From: Candidatus Heimdallarchaeota archaeon
Lineage (GTDB): Archaea; Asgardarchaeota; Heimdallarchaeia; Heimdallarchaeales; Heimdallarchaeaceae
Assembly: GCA_023705905.1 (NCBI GenBank)
Contig: BPTK01000014.1
Location: 10,740 to 34,739, forward strand
Direction of reading: 5' to 3'
DNA length: 24,000 nucleotides
The notes under the pieces are model-generated. The model ran no database searches. It saw nothing but the letters and a program-made list of their open reading frames with translations, and was not told the origin of the DNA. Position numbers and translations under genes: made by a program. Shown one piece after another: positions 9,103-17,198 of this stretch; the stretch's first letter is position 1; every line of letters starts with the position of its first letter.

Positions 9103-10137
9103 TTATTGTTCAATTTCATAAAGCCCTGGGAAGTAGATCTTGTTTCCAGAACTGTAATCCTCATCAACTATTGCTAACCCTGTATCCTCTAGTTTCTTTA
9201 TCATTTGCAACACTCTTTCTATTGGCAGTTTGCATTCATTAACAATTTCTTCTCTTGTAGTATATCCCTTCTCCTTCGCTATTTCCATAATGTCTCTATG
9301 AATACTTGAATCATCGGCGAGAACAATAGTCATAGGAGTGTTGGAAGTCTTTTCTATAACACCAAGAATCCCTGAATCTTGTAGTTCAATAGCTACTCTT
9401 TCAAGATCTTCTACCTTAAACTCTACGTCAGGATATCGTTTTTGGAATATTTCAATGGTTTGGGAAAATTCTATAGATTTGATATCCTTCTCCATTAGAC
9501 TTAAACAAGTCTTGTGGAAATATTGTTTCAGTTTTTTGAAGTATTGCTTCTTATTGAAAAGTAAGGGTCTTGTTAATTCTTCATATTCATGGATTAGACC
9601 AAGAGTTTCAAGATAAGCTATATCACCTTCAAAGTCCTCACCTAATTTGCCAAAAAGGTCTTGAGAGGGTGCTAAAGTGTTAGTTAATACTCTTATCTTC
9701 AGCAAATCATCTATCTTTTGAACAGAACTCAATAGAAGAACTATTAGATCACGTACAGCTCCTTCACCTAAGGATAAGATGGTTCGCTCTAGATTTTGTA
9801 ATCCAACAGAAAAATCTTCAAATCGTGATAGTAATAAGAAATCTAGAATAATTATGGTTTCATGATGAAGAGTTAACTTTGTGGTATCCGTTTGTTCTAT
9901 TTGAGAGACAGTAGCAATTAATGTTTCAAATTGTGTTTTAACACCATCAACTGTAGTCTTTAGTTTTAGAAGAAGTTTCTTATTTTCTATTTTCAGATTC
10001 TTCATTATTGATAGGATATAATTTCTAACATCAATTATTCTTGAGTTAATCTCTAATTGAATTTTAGATTCATAACCATGAAATTCATTTACATTCGGAG
10101 GGAACTTAAGAAACTCTAAAGACATTTTTCCTGTCAT
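9103..10137 (-). CDS. Uncharacterised helical protein with C-terminal winged-helix-like domain(s)
   Basis: C-terminal DIMEIAKEKGYTTREEIVNECKLPIERVLQMIKKLEDTGLAIVDEDYSSGNKIYF fits a wHTH pattern. 11-bp spacing to 8438..9091 suggests co-transcription. Confidence 0.6.
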   Translation of the reverse strand: MTGKMSLEFLKFPPNVNEFHGYESKIQLEINSRIIDVRNYILSIMKNLKIENKKLLLKLKTTVDGVKTQFETLIATVSQIEQTDTTKLTLHHETIIILDFLLLSRFEDFSVGLQNLERTILSLGEGAVRDLIVLLLSSVQKIDDLLKIRVLTNTLAPSQDLFGKLGEDFEGDIAYLETLGLIHEYEELTRPLLFNKKQYFKKLKQYFHKTCLSLMEKDIKSIEFSQTIEIFQKRYPDVEFKVEDLERVAIELQDSGILGVIEKTSNTPMTIVLADDSSIHRDIMEIAKEKGYTTREEIVNECKLPIERVLQMIKKLEDTGLAIVDEDYSSGNKIYFPGLYEIEQ

Positions 10138-10299
10138 TTCTTCACACTTCTAAATTATGAACGTTCAAGCAATTAAGTGTTTTGCAATGAAAGCAGACAG
10201 TTAGTAACTAGTGATTAGGAGTTAAATCATCAGACACATAATCTGAGTTATCACATCTTGTAAAAAATGGAATTAGATGGTTTAAGTCCAAAAGAAAAA

Positions 10300-13200
10300 C
10301 TACTTTTTCTTCCCTGTTCCTGTTTCTTCCCAGTTAGAGAATTGTTCTAGTAAATCATCAATAGCTGTTGTCATGTCTTCTCTCAACTCTGCACCTTCAA
10401 CTCTAGCTTCAAAGATTATCTCATCTCCTTCTATTCTATGAGGATATTCTAATGAGTAGATGTTTAACCAAGCTTTTAGTGATTTTTCGGTTTCAAACTC
10501 TACCAATGGTTTAAGTCTTGAAGTTGTTATTCTAGAGTAAGTATCTCTAATCTTTGCCAAACGGTCTAGTTTTTGATTATTGATTGTAGAGTTACTAATA
10601 ATTGGTGTTAATTCTTCAATTACTTTCTCAGTATTTTTTGAAGTTTCATGAACTATTGTAATTTTATCTTCAACTAAAGAAGTAATCGAGGAACTAAATG
10701 TTGAAGGAAGTTCAGCTAGAATCTCTCTGGAAGCACTAATATTGTTTCCTAATTCTTTTGCATTAGATAAGAAAGAAAGTAACTGAACATAACTAAATAA
10801 TACAGGTTTGAACCCTTTTTCTGACCAATTATGAGCTAGTCCGGATATAAGATCATTTGTAAAAGCATCAAGATTTTCAGCTGTTATCAAATTTATTGTA
10901 TCTAGTATTGTGCATCTGAACTTGTCTTCTAAGAAAGTTCTAGTACTTTTAAGAACACTTTCATATGTACTAATTTTATCTTTGCTAAATGACCTCTTTT
11001 TTGAATAAATGAGCATTAAATCTCTTGTTAAATCACTCAAAGATATTGTAAATTGATTGATTCTATCTATTGAAGAAGTTAAATCAAAAATAGTTGAAAT
11101 ATTAGTGAAAATGTCTTTAAATTCCTTCATTAATAAAGTATCATGCTTTCCTTGAAAGTTGTTCATGGTTCTTCTTAAGAGTAATTTCCTCTTTCTTGAG
11201 CGTATTAAACTTACAACCACAAGAGTTACTAAAGATAGAACAATTAATGGTAGAACAGCATAATATAGTATTATTTCAAATGTATTTAGATAGTTATCAA
11301 AACTTATTGGATTTTGATCATTTTGAACTTCCCATCCATCACTTCTTCCGTCCTCATCTGTATCGGGATTGGTTGGACTTGTAAAATAAAGATTGACTTC
11401 ATCACCATCGGTTAATCCATCATCATCAGAATCACTGTTATTGGGATCAGTCGAATAAGTATTTATCTCCGCTCCATCGGTTAACCCATCATCATCTGAA
11501 TCAGCATCATTAGGATCTGTATTATATGCACTTATCTCCGCTCCATCGGTTAATCCATCATCATCAGAATCAGCATCGTTAGGATTTGTAGAATTTTGAT
11601 ATTCTTCAAGATTAGTCAACCCATCAGTATCTAAATCACTAGAAGCATCATCAATTAGGGGATTGAGATCATTAGCTACTTCCCAACCATCAGGCATAGA
11701 ATCTGTATCGCTATCGTTATTACCAGGATCTGTGCCTTGGAGATATTCTTGAAGATTAGTTAAACCATCTGCATCTAAATCAAAAGCAGAATCATCAATT
11801 AAGGTATCTAGACCATATAAATTCTCCCAATCATCAGGCATATTATCACTGTCCTGATCCAAAGGTATATCATAAAAAACAATGTTACTCCAGTCAGAGA
11901 GCAAACCGTCTTCATCCATAGCTCTAACTCTAAAAAATTGAATCGGATCAGCACCAAGAATAACACTATAAAGCTGTATTGTCAAATAAGTTACATTATT
12001 TATTTCCCATCTTGCATAAGCTGCAGAACCTTCCCAGGGGGAGGTGACATCTGATTCTTCTACTATATATGAAACAATATATCCATCCAAGTCTTTAGAA
12101 GAGGACCAAGTTAGATTATACATTGAAGGTACTGTTTCCGGATGTATTTCTTCTAACTGAGGAGTTGAAGGTTTCGAGGAATCAACCGTATATTCAAATA
12201 TCTTTGACAGAGAGACTTTTCCAGATGTATCATTAATTTCGAAATAATATTGTATAGTTGTTTGATAAGGTAATTGTTGCTCAAGAATGTTATTTACGTA
12301 CAATGAAGCACCCAAATAATTTCCGATAGAAGATGTCCAAATTCCTCCTTGTATCTTATATGTGCAAATTACTGTGTCAACTTTCACGTCATCAACAATT
12401 CTTGATTTAATTGCAACCCTCCAAGATTCTACTAAATAATTACACTCTACAGAATTAATTGTAGGAGGTAGTAAATCATCATATTTAGTTGGGTAAGCAT
12501 CAAATGAACCCGCGCTTCCTTCAATAGAATAATTACCAACTTCGTTCCAATCTGACCAACAATTACCAAGAAACAGGCTTTCTTCATACCACATATTGTT
12601 TATTCCATAATCACTAGCTTGTATATTTCCACCTTTGTTACCTGCAAAGATATTTCCGTAAAAAATATTATTATCGGAACCGTAAGTTACGTAAACACCA
12701 TAATCAACGCTTGATAGAAAAAGATTATTTGATATATTACTATCATCCACATGGGACAATATTAGCCCAATGGCTTCCGAATTAATAGTATTGTTATAAA
12801 ATGTCAAATTATTTACATTTTGTGCATTAATAGCAGTAAAACGTCCATTTTTCACAGAGCAATTTGTTAATGTAATCGTCTCTGAATTCGCAATTTGTAT
12901 TCCATTCCAATTATTATTGGAATGAATATTTCGCAGAGTAGTATTAATACAATCTAATATCAAAACACCTAGATCTGAATTTGATACATCAATATTTAAA
13001 ACGGTAATATTTATACAATTTAATAAAAACATTTGTCCATAATCAACAGAATCTAACGTTTGATTTTCAATATTTGTACAATATCCAAAAGCTTTGCTGT
13101 TTATGCTATTATTGTATATGAAATATTTTAAATAATTTGCAATATTTGCTTCGTAAATAAATAAACCATCATTAATCAAAGTATTGTTACTTATTGTTGT

Positions 13201-13896
13201 ATAAGTTGAAATTGAAATTGAGATTCCATATCTTGAATTATTTTCACATGAATTTAACGTGATATTTGAACTTCCAGAAGCAACTAACTGAATGCCGATA
13301 TCATTATCTGTACAAGTGTTATTTATAATCTTGCAAGAAGGAGAATAATCTACAAAAAGACCATATTCTGAGCATTTTACAAAAGTGTTATTTATTACCT
13401 GAGCTGTACCTTGCGCAGTATTACTAATAAATAACCCATTTTGTCTAGCTTCAAAAAAACAATTTTGTACAATAAAGTGTTTTGTAGTTAACTTAATTTG
13501 TAAAGCATAGTCTAAGTGAGGAACTACTATTTGATAATTTTCAATTAAGTACGGAGCCTCTTCAGTTCCAGAGCCATTAAAACCATTGTCTACAAAATCT
13601 TGGTCTGATATTATTAGTAATGATTCATACAAAGTTGTAACATATGAACTTTTTATTTCTGATAATGTATCTGAAACATTTTTACCATCAAGAGGAGAAT
13701 TGAATGGTTTGATGATATTTTCAGTTGAGATAAAACTTCCAGAATTTGTTAAATTTCTACTTTCTTCAGGAAATATTAAGAACGATACCAAAGAATACAA
13801 TATTAACATTAACAAAAGAAAGCTTATTTTATATCTAGTAAATTTTTTGTAAATAGTATTTAAAAGAGCAAGATATTTATGAGTCTTAACATTCAT
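10300..13896 (-). CDS. Giant surface protein: N-terminal TM, right-handed beta-helix (NosD/PbH1-like) repeats, TSP type-3-like Ca-binding repeats, second TM, about 230-aa cytoplasmic domain ending in the QFxxWE..GKKK tail
   Basis: Minus strand verified (ATGAATGTTAAGACTCATAAA is the reverse complement at 13896; CTA at 10300-10302 is the TAG stop). Parallel beta-helix style repeats (NNSGIYVxxSxxNxIxNN), DSDDDGLTDGAE repeats, hydrophobic IILYYAVLPLIVLSLVTLVVVSLI before RSRKRK. Confidence 0.88.
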   Translation of the reverse strand: MNVKTHKYLALLNTIYKKFTRYKISFLLLMLILYSLVSFLIFPEESRNLTNSGSFISTENIIKPFNSPLDGKNVSDTLSEIKSSYVTTLYESLLIISDQDFVDNGFNGSGTEEAPYLIENYQIVVPHLDYALQIKLTTKHFIVQNCFFEARQNGLFISNTAQGTAQVINNTFVKCSEYGLFVDYSPSCKIINNTCTDNDIGIQLVASGSSNITLNSCENNSRYGISISISTYTTISNNTLINDGLFIYEANIANYLKYFIYNNSINSKAFGYCTNIENQTLDSVDYGQMFLLNCINITVLNIDVSNSDLGVLILDCINTTLRNIHSNNNWNGIQIANSETITLTNCSVKNGRFTAINAQNVNNLTFYNNTINSEAIGLILSHVDDSNISNNLFLSSVDYGVYVTYGSDNNIFYGNIFAGNKGGNIQASDYGINNMWYEESLFLGNCWSDWNEVGNYSIEGSAGSFDAYPTKYDDLLPPTINSVECNYLVESWRVAIKSRIVDDVKVDTVICTYKIQGGIWTSSIGNYLGASLYVNNILEQQLPYQTTIQYYFEINDTSGKVSLSKIFEYTVDSSKPSTPQLEEIHPETVPSMYNLTWSSSKDLDGYIVSYIVEESDVTSPWEGSAAYARWEINNVTYLTIQLYSVILGADPIQFFRVRAMDEDGLLSDWSNIVFYDIPLDQDSDNMPDDWENLYGLDTLIDDSAFDLDADGLTNLQEYLQGTDPGNNDSDTDSMPDGWEVANDLNPLIDDASSDLDTDGLTNLEEYQNSTNPNDADSDDDGLTDGAEISAYNTDPNDADSDDDGLTDGAEINTYSTDPNNSDSDDDGLTDGDEVNLYFTSPTNPDTDEDGRSDGWEVQNDQNPISFDNYLNTFEIILYYAVLPLIVLSLVTLVVVSLIRSRKRKLLLRRTMNNFQGKHDTLLMKEFKDIFTNISTIFDLTSSIDRINQFTISLSDLTRDLMLIYSKKRSFSKDKISTYESVLKSTRTFLEDKFRCTILDTINLITAENLDAFTNDLISGLAHNWSEKGFKPVLFSYVQLLSFLSNAKELGNNISASREILAELPSTFSSSITSLVEDKITIVHETSKNTEKVIEELTPIISNSTINNQKLDRLAKIRDTYSRITTSRLKPLVEFETEKSLKAWLNIYSLEYPHRIEGDEIIFEARVEGAELREDMTTAIDDLLEQFSNWEETGTGKKK
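11310..11875 (-). repeat. TSP3-like acidic repeats; best-conserved copies have 69-bp (23-aa) period at about 11400-11600
   Basis: DADSDDDGLTDGAEISAYNTDPN / DADSDDDGLTDGAEINTYSTDPN / NSDSDDDGLTDGDEVNLYFTSPT; matching near-identical DNA blocks 'atctccgctccatcggttaatccatcatcatcagaatcagcatc'. Confidence 0.85.
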
Positions 13897-14150
13897 TGAT
13901 GAATCATCAATAACTGAATCAATATTTATTTAAACATTACGCTAATTTTTCTTCAAACTAATAATTGTCACTTGAAAAGTAGAATTAGTAGATGAAAGAA
14001 AATCGTTCATGAGAATGCACATGAAAAAATAACGGCGCTTATCAATGAATTCTTCCTTGGAGTTCTTTTCAACGTTAATTCAAACAATTAAGTGTTTTGT
14101 AATTTAAGATAATCTAAAATTGAATAATGAGAAATAACCCACGTAATTAA

Positions 14151-14720
14151 TTACTCAACTTCTTTTTTTTCCCAGTGCTCAATTATCAGATTCTGTTGTG
14201 CTGCCCACCAATAAAACACCTCTCTAATAAAGAAGTGACTTATTGTTAATCTTGGATTCCAAGCTTCATCTACTGTTTCCATGTGCTCATGACAGATCAT
14301 AACGAACTTTTCTCCGTTCTCTTCTTCCCAGATATTCTTCAAAAACACTTTTCCTGCATATTCTGCTATTGATTCTTCTGCAAAAGCTCTCGGGCATGCA
14401 TTTGGATAAGCACTTGGTAGAAGTATCACCATTTTGAACCTTATTTCTGGTTTAGATGGTACTTGCAAATATCCATCCCACTTCATAAAATTGTATTTTG
14501 GGTTCTTACTTGGAGCTAGGAAAAACCAACTTTTCCCTCCTTTTTTCTGTAAAAATTGAACATATTTTGCTAGATTTAATATTTCTATTTTCACTCTTTC
14601 CTGCCATTTTGGATGCTTTGGATTAATTTCAGTTAGTGCTTCGGGGAACTTAACTAAAACTTTCTCTGCTAGCGTCTCTTCCCATTTATTGTTTTCTTCT
14701 GTTATTTGAATGACCCCCAG
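14151..14720 (-). CDS. UFC1-like E2 conjugating enzyme (UBC fold)
   Basis: KW.G...F.....LP..YP...P....  and VMICHEHM...AWNPRLTISHFFIREVFYWWAAQQN match UBC topology, with the Cys in 'MICH' at the 'ICL' catalytic position. The frame is open upstream of the track start (GTG 14594) to 14720. The extension encodes ...NPKHPKWQERVKIEILNLAKYVQ, which matches the UFC1 pattern W..RLK.E...L.RYV. Exact start codon unknown. Confidence 0.8.
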   Translation of the reverse strand: MGVIQITEENNKWEETLAEKVLVKFPEALTEINPKHPKWQERVKIEILNLAKYVQFLQKKGGKSWFFLAPSKNPKYNFMKWDGYLQVPSKPEIRFKMVILLPSAYPNACPRAFAEESIAEYAGKVFLKNIWEEENGEKFVMICHEHMETVDEAWNPRLTISHFFIREVFYWWAAQQNLIIEHWEKKEVE

Positions 14721-14724
14721 TTAT

Positions 14725-14988
14725 TTATCCTACTATCCCACGGTTGATAACTTGAAAAGCTGTTCCGTATTTGTTTATTATCTCATCCACTGTAGAGTTG
14801 AAATCTGTTATTGTAAGAGTGTTACCCATTTCTGAAGATACAGCTATCTGCTCAGTTGCTATACTGAATTTCTTTGCAACTTCTACAACTAATTCGTGGA
14901 AAATTATTTCTCCTGGTGTTTCAAAAGGTATCTGTTTATGTTCTGTTCCAACAACATTTGTAAAGTATATTCTTTTTAGTGAACCCAT
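14725..14988 (-). CDS. UFM1-like ubiquitin-fold modifier, 87 aa, C-terminus ...VINRGIVG
   Basis: Aligns end to end with remembered UFM1 (F.ELVVEVAKKFSIATEQIAVSSEMGNTLTITDFNSTVDEIINKYGTAFQVINRGIVG versus [55 protein letters not shown]). Located between JAMM and E2 genes. Confidence 0.8.
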   Translation of the reverse strand: MGSLKRIYFTNVVGTEHKQIPFETPGEIIFHELVVEVAKKFSIATEQIAVSSEMGNTLTITDFNSTVDEIINKYGTAFQVINRGIVG

Positions 14989-15026
14989 CTTTATCCCTTA
15001 TTTACAATCTATTTATTTGTGTTTCA

Positions 15027-16079
15027 TTAAATCTTTTTCGCTAAATCCTCAACAATTTGAGCGATTTTAGCGAAATTTTCTTCTTTTTCTATGTTATTTT
15101 TGGTATTTCTAATCGTTTTTAACATTAACTCCCTCTTTTTCTCATTTTTTGAAGAGAAATATTCTACTCTAAATTCCAATAGCTGAAGGAAAGAGAGTAT
15201 AGATTCTTTATCTTTCTTCGAAACATAAAATTTCCAATTTACATTATCATAAAGAAATTCTATTCTTACCGGTTTAGATATTTTTCCCTCCGCTATTATA
15301 GTGTTTTTCAGCTGATAATACATGTCATCTATGAATGCTTGTTTCATCAAAGGTTTTATTGAAGAGAGAGTAGTTTTTTCTTGTGCGCATATGTTAGCAT
15401 GCAAATCCATAGTAAACACCAAATCATCAGCTTTTGCCAGATTATCTTCAAACACTGAAAATCTTACAAAACACTCATTTCCTTCAAGTTTGTCTGTAGA
15501 TATTGATCCACTTAACAGATTTTGTTTGTATTCTATCTGTTTAACTTCAAAACTTTCCAAAATCTCCCTCATTCTAGATGAAACTGTTTGAATATCTAGT
15601 TCAGTTCCTTGAGGAAGATTAATTTTTGCCTTTGCTATGAATCTTATTGATTGTGGTACTTTTATTGAACTAACCTTTACTTTGATTTCCTCTACAGATT
15701 CATCTTTCAGTTGGTAATATTTTGTCTCTTTCACATTGGTAACTATTGATAAGAAATATGGATAAACTGATGCAAACTGTTTAACTGTGTGATTATCTGT
15801 AGAACTATGGAACACTTTTCCTACATGGGAGTGATAGATCCCCACTATCCCTATTCCCCTAGGAATTGCTTTTGAGATTTCCATTACCTCTTCTTGTGAA
15901 GGCTCAGCAATTATTTGATTTTGCATTTTATATTGTTTGCAGGGAACACTTGAGACGACGAATAGCTGATCCTTATAGTCATAACCTAGCAACCAACCAT
16001 AGATTTCTATTGTAGGAAAAGCATATGCATGTCTCTTTATATCGTCTGCTACACTATTGCAAACATTTACTTTACTCAT
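15027..16079 (-). CDS. JAMM/MPN(+)-like metalloprotease with about 220-aa C-terminal extension; candidate deconjugase
   Basis: E25 in EIYGWLLGY; H83-S-H85 ... S92-x2-D95 in IYHSHVGKVFHSSTDN. Spacing HxH-x6-SxxD is one residue shorter than the canonical x7. Start overlaps the stop of the E1 gene (ATGA, 16076-16079). Confidence 0.8.
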   Translation of the reverse strand: MSKVNVCNSVADDIKRHAYAFPTIEIYGWLLGYDYKDQLFVVSSVPCKQYKMQNQIIAEPSQEEVMEISKAIPRGIGIVGIYHSHVGKVFHSSTDNHTVKQFASVYPYFLSIVTNVKETKYYQLKDESVEEIKVKVSSIKVPQSIRFIAKAKINLPQGTELDIQTVSSRMREILESFEVKQIEYKQNLLSGSISTDKLEGNECFVRFSVFEDNLAKADDLVFTMDLHANICAQEKTTLSSIKPLMKQAFIDDMYYQLKNTIIAEGKISKPVRIEFLYDNVNWKFYVSKKDKESILSFLQLLEFRVEYFSSKNEKKRELMLKTIRNTKNNIEKEENFAKIAQIVEDLAKKI

Positions 16080-16942
16080 TCTTCTACCTCCTTTATTTCT
16101 TCTTCCAAATCTTCCATTAATTCTGACAATTCTTTGCCTTCGGTTAATTTTTCTATTTTTTCAAAAGATTGCTTTTTTTCCTTTTTAGAGAAGATTTTAT
16201 CTCCACAAACATGGCAGTTTGGATCATTTGGCATGGTTTGCTTTAGATAATGGTCTGTTAAAGCGTTAAACCCTATGTAATCTGGTATCGTTCCAAATTT
16301 CAGTAGATACTTTAAACTTATTTCAGTAACAAATGAAGCCACAATTGCTATTGTTGAAGGTAGAGAAGCTGTACAATCTTTGCCCTCTTTCTTCTCTCCC
16401 AAATCTATTGAACCTGTGCAAGCATAGCAAGCATTTTCTCGTGGTTTAACTAAGTGTACATACCCTCCTAAACCAGAACGTGTTGCTCCTGAATCTACGT
16501 ATGGACGATTAAGTTCGACACATTTACTGTTGACATACAATCTTGCTGGTAAATTATCCAAACATGAGATTGTGAGACTATTATCATTTATCAGTTCATC
16601 AAACTTCTCTTCGAAATCAGATGAACACACATCTACAAAATAACCATTTATTTCCACATCAGAATTTATTTTCTTTAAAACATCCTCTGCTGCTTTAACC
16701 TTTGTTTGACCAATCTGATCTACTGTGTAAAAGAGTCTATTTAGATTAACTTCTTCTACATAATCTAAATCGATAATATTCAACTCTCCCACCCCACATC
16801 GTGCTAGCATTTCAGCAGCTACACTCCCCACGCCCCCCACACCTATTATCAATACGTTCATTTTGGCAAGATCGAGCCAATCTACCTCTAGTCCAAACTC
16901 ACTCAATGATTTCAATCTTGTATAGCGATTTTCATCTTCCAT
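16076..16942 (-). CDS. UBA5-like E1 activating enzyme (ThiF/adenylation fold)
   Basis: GVGGVGSVAAEMLARCGVGELNIIDLDYVEEVNLNRLF...KVKAAEDVLKKINSDVE; SCLDN.PAR..VN..C.EL...; ACYAC and CHVC zinc pairs; KDCTASLPSTIAIVASFVTEISLKYLLKFGTIPDYIGFNAL matches the UBA5 active-site region (VCAASLPTTMGVVAG...[19 protein letters not shown]). Confidence 0.9.
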   Translation of the reverse strand: MEDENRYTRLKSLSEFGLEVDWLDLAKMNVLIIGVGGVGSVAAEMLARCGVGELNIIDLDYVEEVNLNRLFYTVDQIGQTKVKAAEDVLKKINSDVEINGYFVDVCSSDFEEKFDELINDNSLTISCLDNLPARLYVNSKCVELNRPYVDSGATRSGLGGYVHLVKPRENACYACTGSIDLGEKKEGKDCTASLPSTIAIVASFVTEISLKYLLKFGTIPDYIGFNALTDHYLKQTMPNDPNCHVCGDKIFSKKEKKQSFEKIEKLTEGKELSELMEDLEEEIKEVEE

Positions 16943-16996
16943 TAAGAAAACCTATTATCTTTATTCTAACCTAACAACTACTATTATATTGTAATC

Positions 16997-17009
16997 TATT
17001 TATATTTTT
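16997..17009 (-). promoter_or_regulatory. Candidate TATA box for the 16942->14151 operon
   Basis: Reverse complement AAAAATATAAATA about 55 nt upstream of the E1 ATG, consistent with an archaeal TATA plus about 25 nt to TSS plus short leader. AT-rich background lowers specificity. Confidence 0.3.
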
Positions 17010-17198
17010 TTCATGAGTTTAAGATTCATAATCACAATTTTCAGATATTTACTTGTTAGATCTAAAATAGACTCAAACACTCTACCCTGAATCTTTAATA
17101 TTAACAAATATCTTGCAACCTCCTGTTCAATTCATTCAAGGCATTGAAGGTGATTTGCACTATTTCACCTACAACAATTTGAAAGTTTAAGGAGTTTT

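Noticed and set aside
11400-11600. Regular repeats considered as a CRISPR-like array
   Set aside because: The 69-bp repeats are in-frame coding units of TSP3-like Asp-rich motifs, with no unique spacers.
14686-14724. In-frame 'ITGGHSNNRRKQ' right after the modifier stop, giving a Gly-Gly by readthrough
   Set aside because: It needs stop-codon readthrough, overlaps the E2 frame, and the natural ...VG end already matches mature UFM1; probably coincidence.
13586-16250. Plus-strand ORFs 13586..13852, 14771..15070, 15322..15591, 16029..16250
   Set aside because: Antisense to strongly supported minus-strand genes.
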